Assembly (NCBI GenBank): GCA_003331265.1
Contig: QOPV01000001.1
Coordinates: 54,489-118,488 of the forward strand
Length of the DNA stretch: 64,000 nt
DNA from: Cryomorphaceae bacterium
GTDB taxonomy: Bacteria > Bacteroidota > Bacteroidia > Flavobacteriales > Flavobacteriaceae
Reading direction: 5' to 3'
Positions 55,739 through 64,000 of the stretch are shown here, in pieces (the stretch's first letter is position 1; every line of letters begins with the position of its first letter). The position numbers and the translations under genes were made by a program. The notes under the pieces were generated by a model. That model saw only the letters and a program-made list of their open reading frames with translations. It did no database searches and had not been told where the DNA came from.

Positions 55739-57133
55739 TTATAAATGGATGACTTCATCGTATGCAGCTGCTACAGCTTCCATTACAGCCTCACTCATAG
55801 TAGGGTGGGGGTGAATAGTTTTTAAAACTTCATGACCAGTAGTTTCTAGTTTTCTTCCCAAAACTGCTTCAGCAATCATATCAGTAACTCCATCTCCAAT
55901 CATATGACATCCTAACCATTCACCATATTTAGAATCAAAAATAACTTTTACAAAACCTTCGCTTTTCCCAGATGCTTGAGCTTTTCCTGAAGCACTAAAT
56001 GGAAATTTACCAACTTTAATATTATAACCTTTTTTTAAAGCTTCTTCTTCGCTGAGGCCAACTGATGCTATTTCAGGAGAACAATATGTACAACCGGGTA
56101 CATTATCATAATCTAATGGTGACACATCAATTCCTGAAATTTTTTCTACACAAAGTATTCCTTCAGCTGAGGCTACGTGCGCTAATGATTGTCCTTTTAC
56201 GACATCACCAATTGCGTAATAACCTTTAACACTAGTTTGGTAAAACTCATCAACTAATATTTTATCATTTTCAATATTTATACCAATTTCTTCAAGTCCA
56301 ATATTTTCAATATTAGATTTAATCCCAACAGCACTCAAAACAATTTCTGAATTAATTTTTATAATATCTCCGTTCTGAGACTTAACGTCTAGTTCAACAC
56401 CAGAATCATTTACTTTGGATTTAATTACTTCAGATGAAGTTAAAACCTTTATTCCTTTCTTTTTAAAACTTTTTTCTAATTCTTTAGAAACCTCTCTATC
56501 TTCAACGGGGACAATCCTATCTAAATACTCTATAACAGTTACTTTAGATCCCATGGAGTTATAAAAATGTGCAAATTCAATTCCAATAGCACCAGAACCT
56601 ACTATTGTAATTTCATTAGGTTGTTTTTCTAATGTCATGGCTTCTCTATATCCAATAATTTTTTTTCCATCTTGTTTTAAATTTGATAATTCTCTAGATC
56701 TAGCTCCTGTAGATATTATTATTTTTTCAGAAAAAAGTATGGTTTCTTTTTTAGAAACATCCGTTACAACTATTGTATTTTTCTTTCCTAATTTTCCAAA
56801 ACCATCAAAGACTTTTATTTTATTTTTTTTCATTAAAAAAACAACACCTTTACTCATAGTGCTAGCGACTTTCCTACTTCTATTAATTACAGAATTAAAA
56901 TCTTTATTTATATCATTTGTAGAGATGCCGTAATCTTTCGCATTTTTTAAGTAATCAAAAACTTGAGCTGATTTCAACAAGGCTTTGGTGGGAATACATC
57001 CCCAATTTAAACAAACGCCACCTAAACTTTCTTTTTCTATTATAGCGGTTTTTAAGCCTAATTGAGACGCTCTTATAGCTGTAACGTATCCACCAGGACC
57101 ACTACCTAAAATTATTAAATCAAATTTTTCCAT
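55739..57133 (-). CDS. lpdA: Dihydrolipoyl dehydrogenase (E3)
   Basis: GSGPGGY FAD motif, redox-active disulfide GGVCLNWGCIPTK, NAD motif GSGAIGIEFA, and C-terminal HPHPTMSE. Confidence 0.9.
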   Translation of the reverse strand: MEKFDLIILGSGPGGYVTAIRASQLGLKTAIIEKESLGGVCLNWGCIPTKALLKSAQVFDYLKNAKDYGISTNDINKDFNSVINRSRKVASTMSKGVVFLMKKNKIKVFDGFGKLGKKNTIVVTDVSKKETILFSEKIIISTGARSRELSNLKQDGKKIIGYREAMTLEKQPNEITIVGSGAIGIEFAHFYNSMGSKVTVIEYLDRIVPVEDREVSKELEKSFKKKGIKVLTSSEVIKSKVNDSGVELDVKSQNGDIIKINSEIVLSAVGIKSNIENIGLEEIGINIENDKILVDEFYQTSVKGYYAIGDVVKGQSLAHVASAEGILCVEKISGIDVSPLDYDNVPGCTYCSPEIASVGLSEEEALKKGYNIKVGKFPFSASGKAQASGKSEGFVKVIFDSKYGEWLGCHMIGDGVTDMIAEAVLGRKLETTGHEVLKTIHPHPTMSEAVMEAVAAAYDEVIHL

Positions 57134-57136
57134 ATT

Positions 57137-57595
57137 TTAATTTTTATTAAACGACAAAGCAGCTGAATTAATACAATACCTTTTTCCTGTAGTTTCTTTT
57201 GGACCATCATTAAAAACATGACCAAGGTGACCATTACATTTAGAACATTTCACTTCAATTCTGTTCATATTATGAGATAAGTCTTCAATATATAATATTG
57301 AGGAGGGAATTGCTTCATCAAAGCTTGGCCACCCACAGTTACTTTCGTATTTGTTTGTACTATTGAAAAGGACTTGATTACAACCTTTACATTTATAGGA
57401 ACCTTTTTCAAAATGTAAATTATATTCACCTGTAAAAGGTCTCTCTGTATAAGAATTTCTTAAAACCTGATAACTTAGATTGTCAAGTTTATTTTTCCAT
57501 TCTTTATCACTTTTTTCAATTTTTTCATTGTTCTGGGAGTAATTAAAATTTGCCATCAGTATACTTAAAATAAGAATTATATATAATTTTTTCAT
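57137..57595 (-). CDS. msrB: Peptide-methionine (R)-S-oxide reductase MsrB with N-terminal signal peptide
   Basis: Signal-like MKKLYIILILSILMANF. Both Zn CxxC pairs are present (CKGC, CSKC), as are GWPSF, HLGHVFNDGP and the catalytic RYCINS. Confidence 0.85.
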   Translation of the reverse strand: MKKLYIILILSILMANFNYSQNNEKIEKSDKEWKNKLDNLSYQVLRNSYTERPFTGEYNLHFEKGSYKCKGCNQVLFNSTNKYESNCGWPSFDEAIPSSILYIEDLSHNMNRIEVKCSKCNGHLGHVFNDGPKETTGKRYCINSAALSFNKN

Positions 57596-57993
57596 TTGTT
57601 GATTTCGAGAGTTTTAAAAATTAATGCATTTTTAGTAACACAGTGTCTATTTCCAGTTGATTCTGGACCGTCATCCCATACATTACCCAATTTTGCTCCA
57701 CATTGTTTACAAATGAGATCTGTTTTATTTTTTTTTATTTTGTAATTTTTGTCAAAGTAAACTTTTCCATCAATGGATTTGTCAAAACTTTCATCATTGT
57801 TATTAGAGCCATAGTTGTTTTCTGATTTATATAATGAGGAATTACACTCAATACAATAAAAAACCCCTTTTTCAGCTGTAATTATTTTTTGTGTTTCTAT
57901 TTTTTGATTTTTTTTAATTGATTTATTTGAATTAGGTCTATTACAATTTGTTAGAAGACAAAACAATGAAATAACTAATAAAAATCTATTCAT
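57592..57993 (-). CDS. Divergent, N-terminally shortened MsrB-like lipoprotein
   Basis: Lipobox LLTNCN. It keeps both CxxC pairs (CIEC, CKQC), DDGP and the Cys context RHCV. GWPSF is replaced by NDESF, and HLGHVF by KLGNVW. It overlaps the msrB start by 4 nt. Confidence 0.5.
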   Translation of the reverse strand: MNRFLLVISLFCLLTNCNRPNSNKSIKKNQKIETQKIITAEKGVFYCIECNSSLYKSENNYGSNNNDESFDKSIDGKVYFDKNYKIKKNKTDLICKQCGAKLGNVWDDGPESTGNRHCVTKNALIFKTLEINK

Positions 57994-58014
57994 TTATTAT
58001 TTTTAAATGATTAG

Positions 58015-58022
58015 CAAAATTA
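58015..58022 (-). promoter_or_regulatory. -7 box candidate (TAATTTTG) for the msrB-like/msrB/lpdA string
   Basis: Exact TAnnTTTG on the minus strand, ending 21 nt upstream of the ATG at 57993. No clear -33 element. Confidence 0.28.
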
Positions 58023-58090
58023 CTTAATAATTTTAAAATATTAAGACAATTTGAATTAAGTATATTGCATATTATTAATAACCACTTATT

Positions 58091-59398
58091 ATGTCAACAA
58101 GAAATTATGTTAAAGGAGATATTAAAGTCTTAAATGCTTGGGCATTTTATGATTGGGCAAATTCTGTTTATCCTCTTGTTATATCTTCCTCAGTATTTCC
58201 AATTTATTATGGAGCTTTATTTATTGATGATCTTTACATCGATGTTTTTGGATTTAACTTTAAAAATACTGCTTTAATTAGCTTTCTAACTGCATTTGCC
58301 TTTATAATACTTTCTTTTATTACTCCATTACTTTCAGGAATAGCTGATTATATGGGTAATAAAAAAACTTTTTTGAAGTTTTTTTGTTACTTAGGATCTA
58401 TTTCTTGTATTGGTCTATATTGGTTTGATCTAGAAAATATTTATTTAGGTCTATTTTTTTACTTTATGGCTTTAATTTCTTTTTGGGCTAGTCTAGTTTT
58501 TTATAATTCATACCTTCCTGATATAGCTAATAAAGATCAGCAAGATTATATTAGTGCTAAAGGATATGCTCTTGGTTATGTAGGAAGTGTAATTCTTTTA
58601 ATTTTTAACCTTGCTATGGTTATGTTTCCTGACTCATTTGGAATTGAGGGAGTTAACCCAGAGCTTACAGCAATGAAATATTCTTTTGTTTCAGTTGGAC
58701 TCTGGTGGATTATTTTTAGTCAATATACTTTTCATCATTTACCGATAATTACAGACAAGAGAAAGATTATTAAACATGTGATTTTTAATGGTTTTAAAGA
58801 ACTACAAGAAGTTTGGAATGAACTTAGACACATCATAATAATTAAAAAGTTTTTAATTGCCTTTTTTATTTACAGTTCAGCATTACAAACAGTCTTAATA
58901 ATTGCGACTTATTTTGGTGAGCAAGAAATTGCTTGGAAAGAAGGAACTAAAACAACTGGCTTAATTATTAGTATTTTACTGATTCAATTAATAGCTATTA
59001 TTGGAGCAATGTTTACTGCTAAAATTTCAAAAAAAATAGGTAATATTCGTACACTTTTAATATTAAATTTAATTTGGGCATTTTTGTGTATCGGTGCATA
59101 TTTCATTAAAGAACCTATAGAATTTTATATAGCAGCAGGGGCTGTAGGTTTGGTTATGGGAGGTATACAGGCATTATCAAGATCTACTTTCTCTAAGTTA
59201 ATACCAGATACTGATAACACTACATCATATTTTAGTTTTTTTGATGTTTCTCAAAAAGTTAGTATTGTTTTAGGGATGACTCTTTTCGCAATTTTAGATC
59301 AAACTACTGGAAGTATGAGAATATCTATTTTGATATTTGTACTAATTTTTCTTATTGGAGCTTTTTTATTAAATAAAATAAAAATCAAGAATGTTTGA
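58091..59398 (+). CDS. MFS transporter (UMF1/Atg22-like family)
   Basis: 435 aa, about 12 TM. The N-terminus VLNAWAFYDWANSVYPLVISSSVFPIYY is typical of the UMF1 family. Confidence 0.7.
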   Translation: MSTRNYVKGDIKVLNAWAFYDWANSVYPLVISSSVFPIYYGALFIDDLYIDVFGFNFKNTALISFLTAFAFIILSFITPLLSGIADYMGNKKTFLKFFCYLGSISCIGLYWFDLENIYLGLFFYFMALISFWASLVFYNSYLPDIANKDQQDYISAKGYALGYVGSVILLIFNLAMVMFPDSFGIEGVNPELTAMKYSFVSVGLWWIIFSQYTFHHLPIITDKRKIIKHVIFNGFKELQEVWNELRHIIIIKKFLIAFFIYSSALQTVLIIATYFGEQEIAWKEGTKTTGLIISILLIQLIAIIGAMFTAKISKKIGNIRTLLILNLIWAFLCIGAYFIKEPIEFYIAAGAVGLVMGGIQALSRSTFSKLIPDTDNTTSYFSFFDVSQKVSIVLGMTLFAILDQTTGSMRISILIFVLIFLIGAFLLNKIKIKNV

Positions 59399-59522
59399 TT
59401 TTTATGGCATGAATCTTGAAATATTAAATTGTTGTAAAATAAAAGAATAGTTTTATCTATAGTTCTAATGTTTTAATTAATGTTACAACTTAATTTATGA
59501 CACTTTGACTTAATTATTTAAT

Positions 59523-61970
59523 ATGTCCAAACCAAAATTATTGAATCTTGACATGATGTCACTTCAAAATATTGATGAAGATTCGGATCTAATACCATTG
59601 ATGACTTCTGATGATGAAGAAGCTATTTCCAAGGAATCTCTTCCTGAGAGTCTTCCAATTCTTCCTCTAAAAAATACTGTTATGTTCCCTGGTGTAGTCA
59701 TTCCTATAACAGCATCTAGAGATAAATCTATTAAATTGATTAAAGATTCTAATGTTAAATCAAAATTAATTGGTGTCGTATCTCAAAAAGATTCTTCAAT
59801 TCAAAATCCTGGATTAAATGATATACAATCAACAGGTACTGTAGCTAAAATATTGAGAGTTTTACAAATGCCAGACGGAAATGTTACTGTTATTATTCAA
59901 GGCAAGAAACGTTTTAACATTGAAAAAGTAATTTCTGAGGAACCATACATTAAAGCAATTATAAAAGAAATAAAAGAGATAAAACCATCTTCTGAAAACA
60001 AGGAATTTATAGCTACTATTGAGTCTATTAAAGATATTGCTCTTCAAATAATCGAAGAAAACCCCAATATACCTAGTGAAGCTTCATTTGCAATAAAGAA
60101 TATTCAAAGTGACTCATTTCTTGTAAATTTTGTTTGTTCAAATATGAATTTAAGTATTCAAGAGAAATATGAAATACTTAAAACAAGTGATCTTCATGAA
60201 AGAGCATTGATGTGTTTGAAACAAATGAATACAGAGCTTCAAAGACTATCTTTAAAAAACGATATTCAATCAAAGGTAAGATCTGATTTGGATCAACAAC
60301 AAAGAGAGTATTTTTTACATCAACAATTAAAAACAATACAAGAAGAACTTGGTGGTGTTTCATATGATGAGGAAATCAATGAAATGAGAATAAGATCAAA
60401 AAATAAAAAATGGAATAAAGAAATTAATGATCATTTTTTAAAAGAGTTATCCAAACTTCAGCGAATGAATCCACAAGTTGCTGAGTATTCTATTCAAAGA
60501 AATTACTTAGACTTGTATTTAGATCTTCCTTGGAATGAGTTTTCAACTGATAATTTTGATTTAAAAAGAGCTCAAAAAATTCTAGATAGAGATCATTATG
60601 GCCTGAAAGATGTTAAGAAAAGAATTATTGAACATATTGCAGTTTTGAAATTAAGAAATGATATGAAATCTCCTATTTTATGCTTTAATGGTCCACCTGG
60701 TGTAGGAAAAACTTCACTAGGTAAGTCAATTGCTGAAGCTTTAGGTAGAGAATATGTAAGAATTTCTCTAGGAGGTTTGAGAGATGAGTCAGAAATAAGA
60801 GGGCATAGAAAAACTTATATAGGAGCAATGCCTGGAAGAATAATTCAAAGTTTAAAAAAAGCAAAAACTTCAAATCCAGTTTTTGTATTAGATGAAATCG
60901 ATAAACTTTCAGTTGGAAATCAAGGTGACCCTTCTTCTGCAATGCTAGAAGTTTTAGATCCTGAACAAAATACTTCATTTTATGATAATTTTGTTGAAAC
61001 TGGATTCGATTTATCAAAAGTAATGTTTATCGCCACCTCTAATAATATTTTAAATGTTCAACCAGCTCTAAGAGACAGGATGGAAATTGTTAATGTGTCT
61101 GGATACACAATTGAAGAAAAATCTCAAATAGCAAAAAAACATTTATTACCTAAACAAATTTTTGAGCATGGCCTTGATAAAAAGATTATTAAATTAAATA
61201 AACTTGCATTAGAAAAAATTATTGAGGGATATACCAGAGAATCTGGAGTTAGAGGTTTAGAAAAGCAAATAGCCAAGATTATTAGGTATGTTGCTAAATC
61301 AATTGCTTTAAATGAAAAATTTCCTAATAATATTTCAATCAATGAATTACAAGAAATTTTAGGACTTTCTATCTCCAAAGATAAATATGAAAATAATGAT
61401 ACTGCAGGAGTTGTTACAGGTTTAGCATGGACTCAATTTGGAGGAGATATTTTATTTATTGAATCTGCATTGTCTAAAGGTAAAGGCAGCTTATCTATTA
61501 CAGGAAATCTTGGAAAAGTAATGAAAGAATCCGCTACCATAGCTCTAGAGTACATAAAATCTCATGCAGATGAATTACAAATAAATGTTGAAAAATTATT
61601 AAACTATAATTTACATATTCATGTTCCTGAGGGAGCAACTCCTAAGGACGGTCCAAGTGCTGGAATTACTATGTTAACCTCATTAGTGTCTCTTTTAACC
61701 CAAAAGAAAGTTAAAAATAAATTAGCAATGACAGGGGAAATTACATTAAGAGGAAAAGTATTGCCAGTAGGGGGGATAAAGGAAAAAATTTTAGCGGCAA
61801 AAAGAGCTAAAATAAAAGAGATTGTACTCAGTGTAGAAAATAAAAAGAATATTTTAGATATTGATAAGGGTTATTTAAAAGGACTGACATTTCATTACGT
61901 TACAAACATGAAAGAAGTGATTGACATATCATTAACTAAACAAAAAGTTAAAAACTATAAGAAATTATAA
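59523..61970 (+). CDS. lon: ATP-dependent Lon protease (LonA)
   Basis: N-terminal LON domain ([19 protein letters not shown]), Walker [10 protein letters not shown], and the protease active site [11 protein letters not shown]. Confidence 0.95.
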   Translation: MSKPKLLNLDMMSLQNIDEDSDLIPLMTSDDEEAISKESLPESLPILPLKNTVMFPGVVIPITASRDKSIKLIKDSNVKSKLIGVVSQKDSSIQNPGLNDIQSTGTVAKILRVLQMPDGNVTVIIQGKKRFNIEKVISEEPYIKAIIKEIKEIKPSSENKEFIATIESIKDIALQIIEENPNIPSEASFAIKNIQSDSFLVNFVCSNMNLSIQEKYEILKTSDLHERALMCLKQMNTELQRLSLKNDIQSKVRSDLDQQQREYFLHQQLKTIQEELGGVSYDEEINEMRIRSKNKKWNKEINDHFLKELSKLQRMNPQVAEYSIQRNYLDLYLDLPWNEFSTDNFDLKRAQKILDRDHYGLKDVKKRIIEHIAVLKLRNDMKSPILCFNGPPGVGKTSLGKSIAEALGREYVRISLGGLRDESEIRGHRKTYIGAMPGRIIQSLKKAKTSNPVFVLDEIDKLSVGNQGDPSSAMLEVLDPEQNTSFYDNFVETGFDLSKVMFIATSNNILNVQPALRDRMEIVNVSGYTIEEKSQIAKKHLLPKQIFEHGLDKKIIKLNKLALEKIIEGYTRESGVRGLEKQIAKIIRYVAKSIALNEKFPNNISINELQEILGLSISKDKYENNDTAGVVTGLAWTQFGGDILFIESALSKGKGSLSITGNLGKVMKESATIALEYIKSHADELQINVEKLLNYNLHIHVPEGATPKDGPSAGITMLTSLVSLLTQKKVKNKLAMTGEITLRGKVLPVGGIKEKILAAKRAKIKEIVLSVENKKNILDIDKGYLKGLTFHYVTNMKEVIDISLTKQKVKNYKKL

Positions 61971-62650
61971 TGTTGGAAAAATTTATTGTAACAATAGACG
62001 GAACCTCCTCAACTGGTAAAAGTACAATAGCAAAAAGAATTGCAAGAAAATTAAGTTATACATATATTGATTCTGGTGCGATGTACAGAGCATTAACATT
62101 TTTTTGTTTGGAGCAAAAGATTATTTCAAAATCATTTTTTAAAAAGGATGTTCTTTTAAAAAAACTTAACAATATAAAAATTGATTTTAAAAAGAACCCT
62201 AAAAATAATATTTTAGAAATTAATCTAAATGGAGCTTTTGTTGAAGATAAAATAAGAACTATTATGGTTTCAGATTTTGTTAGTATTCTAGCAAAATTAG
62301 ATGATGTTAGAACTTTTATGGTAAAAATTCAACATTCCCTTGGCGAAAAAAAAGGAGTTGTGATGGACGGTAGAGATATTGGTACGGTTGTCTTTCCAAA
62401 TGCAGAATATAAATTTTTTTTAGAAGCTTCACCTAAATTAAGAGCTGAAAGACGCTTTAATGAATTAAAAAAGAATAACAATAAAGTGTCCTACGAAGAT
62501 GTTTATAACAATATTATATCGAGAGATACTCATGATATTAACAGATTAAACTCTCCTTTAAAAATGGCTTCAGATTCTATTTTTATAGATACAGAATCTT
62601 TAGATTTAGATGAGGTTGAAAATATTATTTTAAATCACATAACATCGTAA
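61970..62650 (+). CDS. cmk: Cytidylate kinase
   Basis: IDGTSSTGKSTIAKRIA P-loop, YIDSGAMYR and GRDIGTVVFP. The ATG shares one base with the lon stop (TAATG). Confidence 0.9.
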   Translation: MLEKFIVTIDGTSSTGKSTIAKRIARKLSYTYIDSGAMYRALTFFCLEQKIISKSFFKKDVLLKKLNNIKIDFKKNPKNNILEINLNGAFVEDKIRTIMVSDFVSILAKLDDVRTFMVKIQHSLGEKKGVVMDGRDIGTVVFPNAEYKFFLEASPKLRAERRFNELKKNNNKVSYEDVYNNIISRDTHDINRLNSPLKMASDSIFIDTESLDLDEVENIILNHITS

Positions 62651-62812
62651 TGTTAAATTCTTTTAAAAAAACTTGTAAAAAGAATAAAATGCCCTTATTT
62701 TCGCCATCCTTTTGATTGGTTAATATAGAATATCAAAAGTTTAAATTTAGATAACATCTTCTAGTTGATTCCTTAAATTCTATAATATAACTAGAATACA
62801 AATTTTATAAAT

Positions 62813-64000
62813 ATGCCTGCAACTAAAAAAGATAGCAAGCCTAAAAAAGCTGTCAAAAAAGATAGCAAACCAAAAAAAGCTGTCAAAAAAATTACAAAAT
62901 CAAAGAAAGAGTCCAAGCCAAAAGTATCAAAAAAAACTACAACTGTAGTTAAAGAGACTTCTGCTGTTGTTGAAGAAACTCCTGCTGTTATTGAGGAGAA
63001 TGTAGTTTCATCTGAAAAATTTTTAAAAGATTTTGATTGGGAAAATTTCGAAGAAGGAATCGAAACTGTGGATGAAAAACAATTAGTTGAACTAGAAAAT
63101 CTTATCAAAGAAAATTTTGTTGATACTTACAATGATAGTGTTATTGAAGGAACAATAATTAATTTAACTGATAGAGAAGCAATTATAGATATTAATGCTA
63201 AGTCTGAGGGGGTAATTTCACTTAATGAATTTAGATATAATCCTGATTTAAAAGTTGGTGATAAAGTTGAAGTTTTAGTTGATGTTCAAGAAGATAAAAC
63301 AGGCCAATTAATTTTATCCCACAGGAAAGCTAGAACTATAAAAGCCTGGGACAGAGTTAATGAAGCCCATGATAAATCCACAGTAGTTACTGGTTTTGTA
63401 AAATGTAGAACAAAAGGTGGTATGATTGTAGATGTTTTTGGACTCGAAGCCTTTTTACCTGGATCACAAATTGATGTAAAACCAATAAGAGATTATGATC
63501 AATATGTAAATAAAAACATGGAATTTAAGGTGGTAAAGATAAATCATGAATTTAAAAATGTAGTAGTTTCTCATAAAGCACTTATTGAAGCTGATATTGA
63601 GGAACAGAAAAAAGAAATTATTGGTCAATTAGAAAAAGGTCAAGTTCTCGAAGGAATTGTTAAAAACATTACTACTTATGGAGTATTTATAGATTTAGGT
63701 GGGGTAGATGGATTAATTCATATTACAGATCTTTCTTGGAATAGAATTAATCATCCAAGTGAAATTTTAGAACTAGATCAAAAAATAAATGTTGTTATTC
63801 TTGACTTTGATGATGATAAATCAAGAATTCAACTTGGAGTTAAACAATTAAGTCCACATCCATGGGAGGCATTAAACGCTGACTTAAAAGAAGGTGATAA
63901 GATTAAAGGAAAAGTTTCTGTGCTTGCTGATTATGGAGCTTTTGTTGAAGTTGAGGATGGTGTTGAAGGGTTAGTTCATGTTTCTGAAATGTCTTGGTCT
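62813..64000 (+). CDS. rpsA: 30S ribosomal protein S1 (3' end beyond window), with Lys-rich repeat-containing N-terminal extension
   Basis: This gene is not in the ORF track because it runs off the window. The frame from the ATG at 62813 is open through 64000 (396 codons). It encodes repeated S1 domains (GTIINLTDREAIIDINAKSEGVI, GFVKCRTKGGMIVDVFGLEAFLPGSQ, GIVKNITTYGVFIDLGGVDGLIHITD, GKVSVLADYGAFVEVEDGVEGLVHVSEMSW). Confidence 0.92.
   Translation, partial: MPATKKDSKPKKAVKKDSKPKKAVKKITKSKKESKPKVSKKTTTVVKETSAVVEETPAVIEENVVSSEKFLKDFDWENFEEGIETVDEKQLVELENLIKENFVDTYNDSVIEGTIINLTDREAIIDINAKSEGVISLNEFRYNPDLKVGDKVEVLVDVQEDKTGQLILSHRKARTIKAWDRVNEAHDKSTVVTGFVKCRTKGGMIVDVFGLEAFLPGSQIDVKPIRDYDQYVNKNMEFKVVKINHEFKNVVVSHKALIEADIEEQKKEIIGQLEKGQVLEGIVKNITTYGVFIDLGGVDGLIHITDLSWNRINHPSEILELDQKINVVILDFDDDKSRIQLGVKQLSPHPWEALNADLKEGDKIKGKVSVLADYGAFVEVEDGVEGLVHVSEMSWS
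62825..62884 (+). repeat. Perfect-length 30-nt tandem duplication inside the rpsA 5' region (encodes KKDSKPKKAV twice)
   Basis: Units 62825-62854 and 62855-62884 differ at two positions (AAG/AAA and CCT/CCA). Both changes are synonymous in the rpsA frame. Confidence 0.9.

Noticed and set aside
59415-59421. CTTGAAA upstream of lon, resembling the -35 of sigma-32 heat-shock promoters
   Set aside because: No CCCCATnT-like -10 follows at the right spacing. As far as I know, RpoH-type regulation is not expected in Bacteroidota. A 7-nt AT-rich match is likely chance.
33669-63108. Long antisense ORFs inside well-supported genes. Examples: 33669-33968 in mltG, 35569-35871 in the rsmI-like gene, 38202-38597 in ribD, 41809-42084 in ligA, 56637-56933 in lpdA, 60685-61017 in lon, and 62791-63108 in rpsA.
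   Set aside because: Each lies fully within and opposite to a gene with clear family motifs. Their translations are low-complexity (F/L/I/S/K-rich) with no recognisable motifs. Mirror-frame ORFs opposite highly expressed, codon-biased genes are a common artefact. No independent evidence supports them.
1-64000. Search for CRISPR arrays, transposases/IS ends, prophage genes, toxin-antitoxin pairs, restriction-modification or other defence islands
   Set aside because: No spaced direct-repeat arrays, no terminal inverted repeats flanking ORFs, and no ORF with transposase, integrase (other than XerD), nuclease-NTPase or methyltransferase-restriction signatures were seen. Nearly every ORF has a confident housekeeping assignment, leaving no accessory gap larger than 190 nt.

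Overview
By eye the window is very AT-rich, roughly 70% A+T (not computed). It is extremely gene-dense core chromosome with the gene content and order of a streamlined Bacteroidota / Flavobacteriia organism. I call about 70 CDS and 3 tRNAs. Most intergenic gaps are under 120 nt, and many neighbouring genes overlap by 1-14 nt.

Gene content is almost entirely housekeeping:
- Replication and repair: dnaA, dnaB, recF, recN, ligA, xerD.
- Translation: thrS-infC-rpmI-rplT, trmD-rplS, rpsA, tgt, prmC, and a tRNA-Lys/Lys/Leu array.
- Proteostasis: lon, htrA, msrB.
- Central and biosynthetic metabolism: ndk, ribH, ribD, aroK, aroQ, dapF, dapA, coaBC, coaE, accA, fabI, split transketolase, icd, lpdA, cmk.
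- Envelope: kdsC, lptF/G-type permease, bamD, mltG, a TonB-dependent receptor with its DUF4249 partner, murQ.
- Other: one two-component system and a compact carotenoid operon crtI-crtB-crtZ.

I found no transposases, prophage genes, CRISPR array, toxin-antitoxin pairs or recognisable defence genes. I see no convincing novel multi-gene system here. This looks like an ordinary core region.

The leads most worth a second look are modest:
1. The crtIBZ operon starts 15 nt after a tRNA array and has no room for its own promoter.
2. A tightly coupled operon of a degenerate MsrB-like lipoprotein, an exported MsrB and lpdA.
3. A TonB receptor - DUF4249 - murQ - small membrane protein string.
4. Ribosomal protein S1 carries a Lys-rich, tandem-repeat N-terminal extension.
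5. infC appears to use a non-AUG (ATA) start.
6. An FKBP-like lipoprotein has thrombospondin-type-3-like Asp repeats.
7. A 190-nt AT-rich dnaA-flanking spacer is a weak oriC candidate.

All functional calls come from reading the translated ORFs for family motifs and from recollected synteny. No database search was run.
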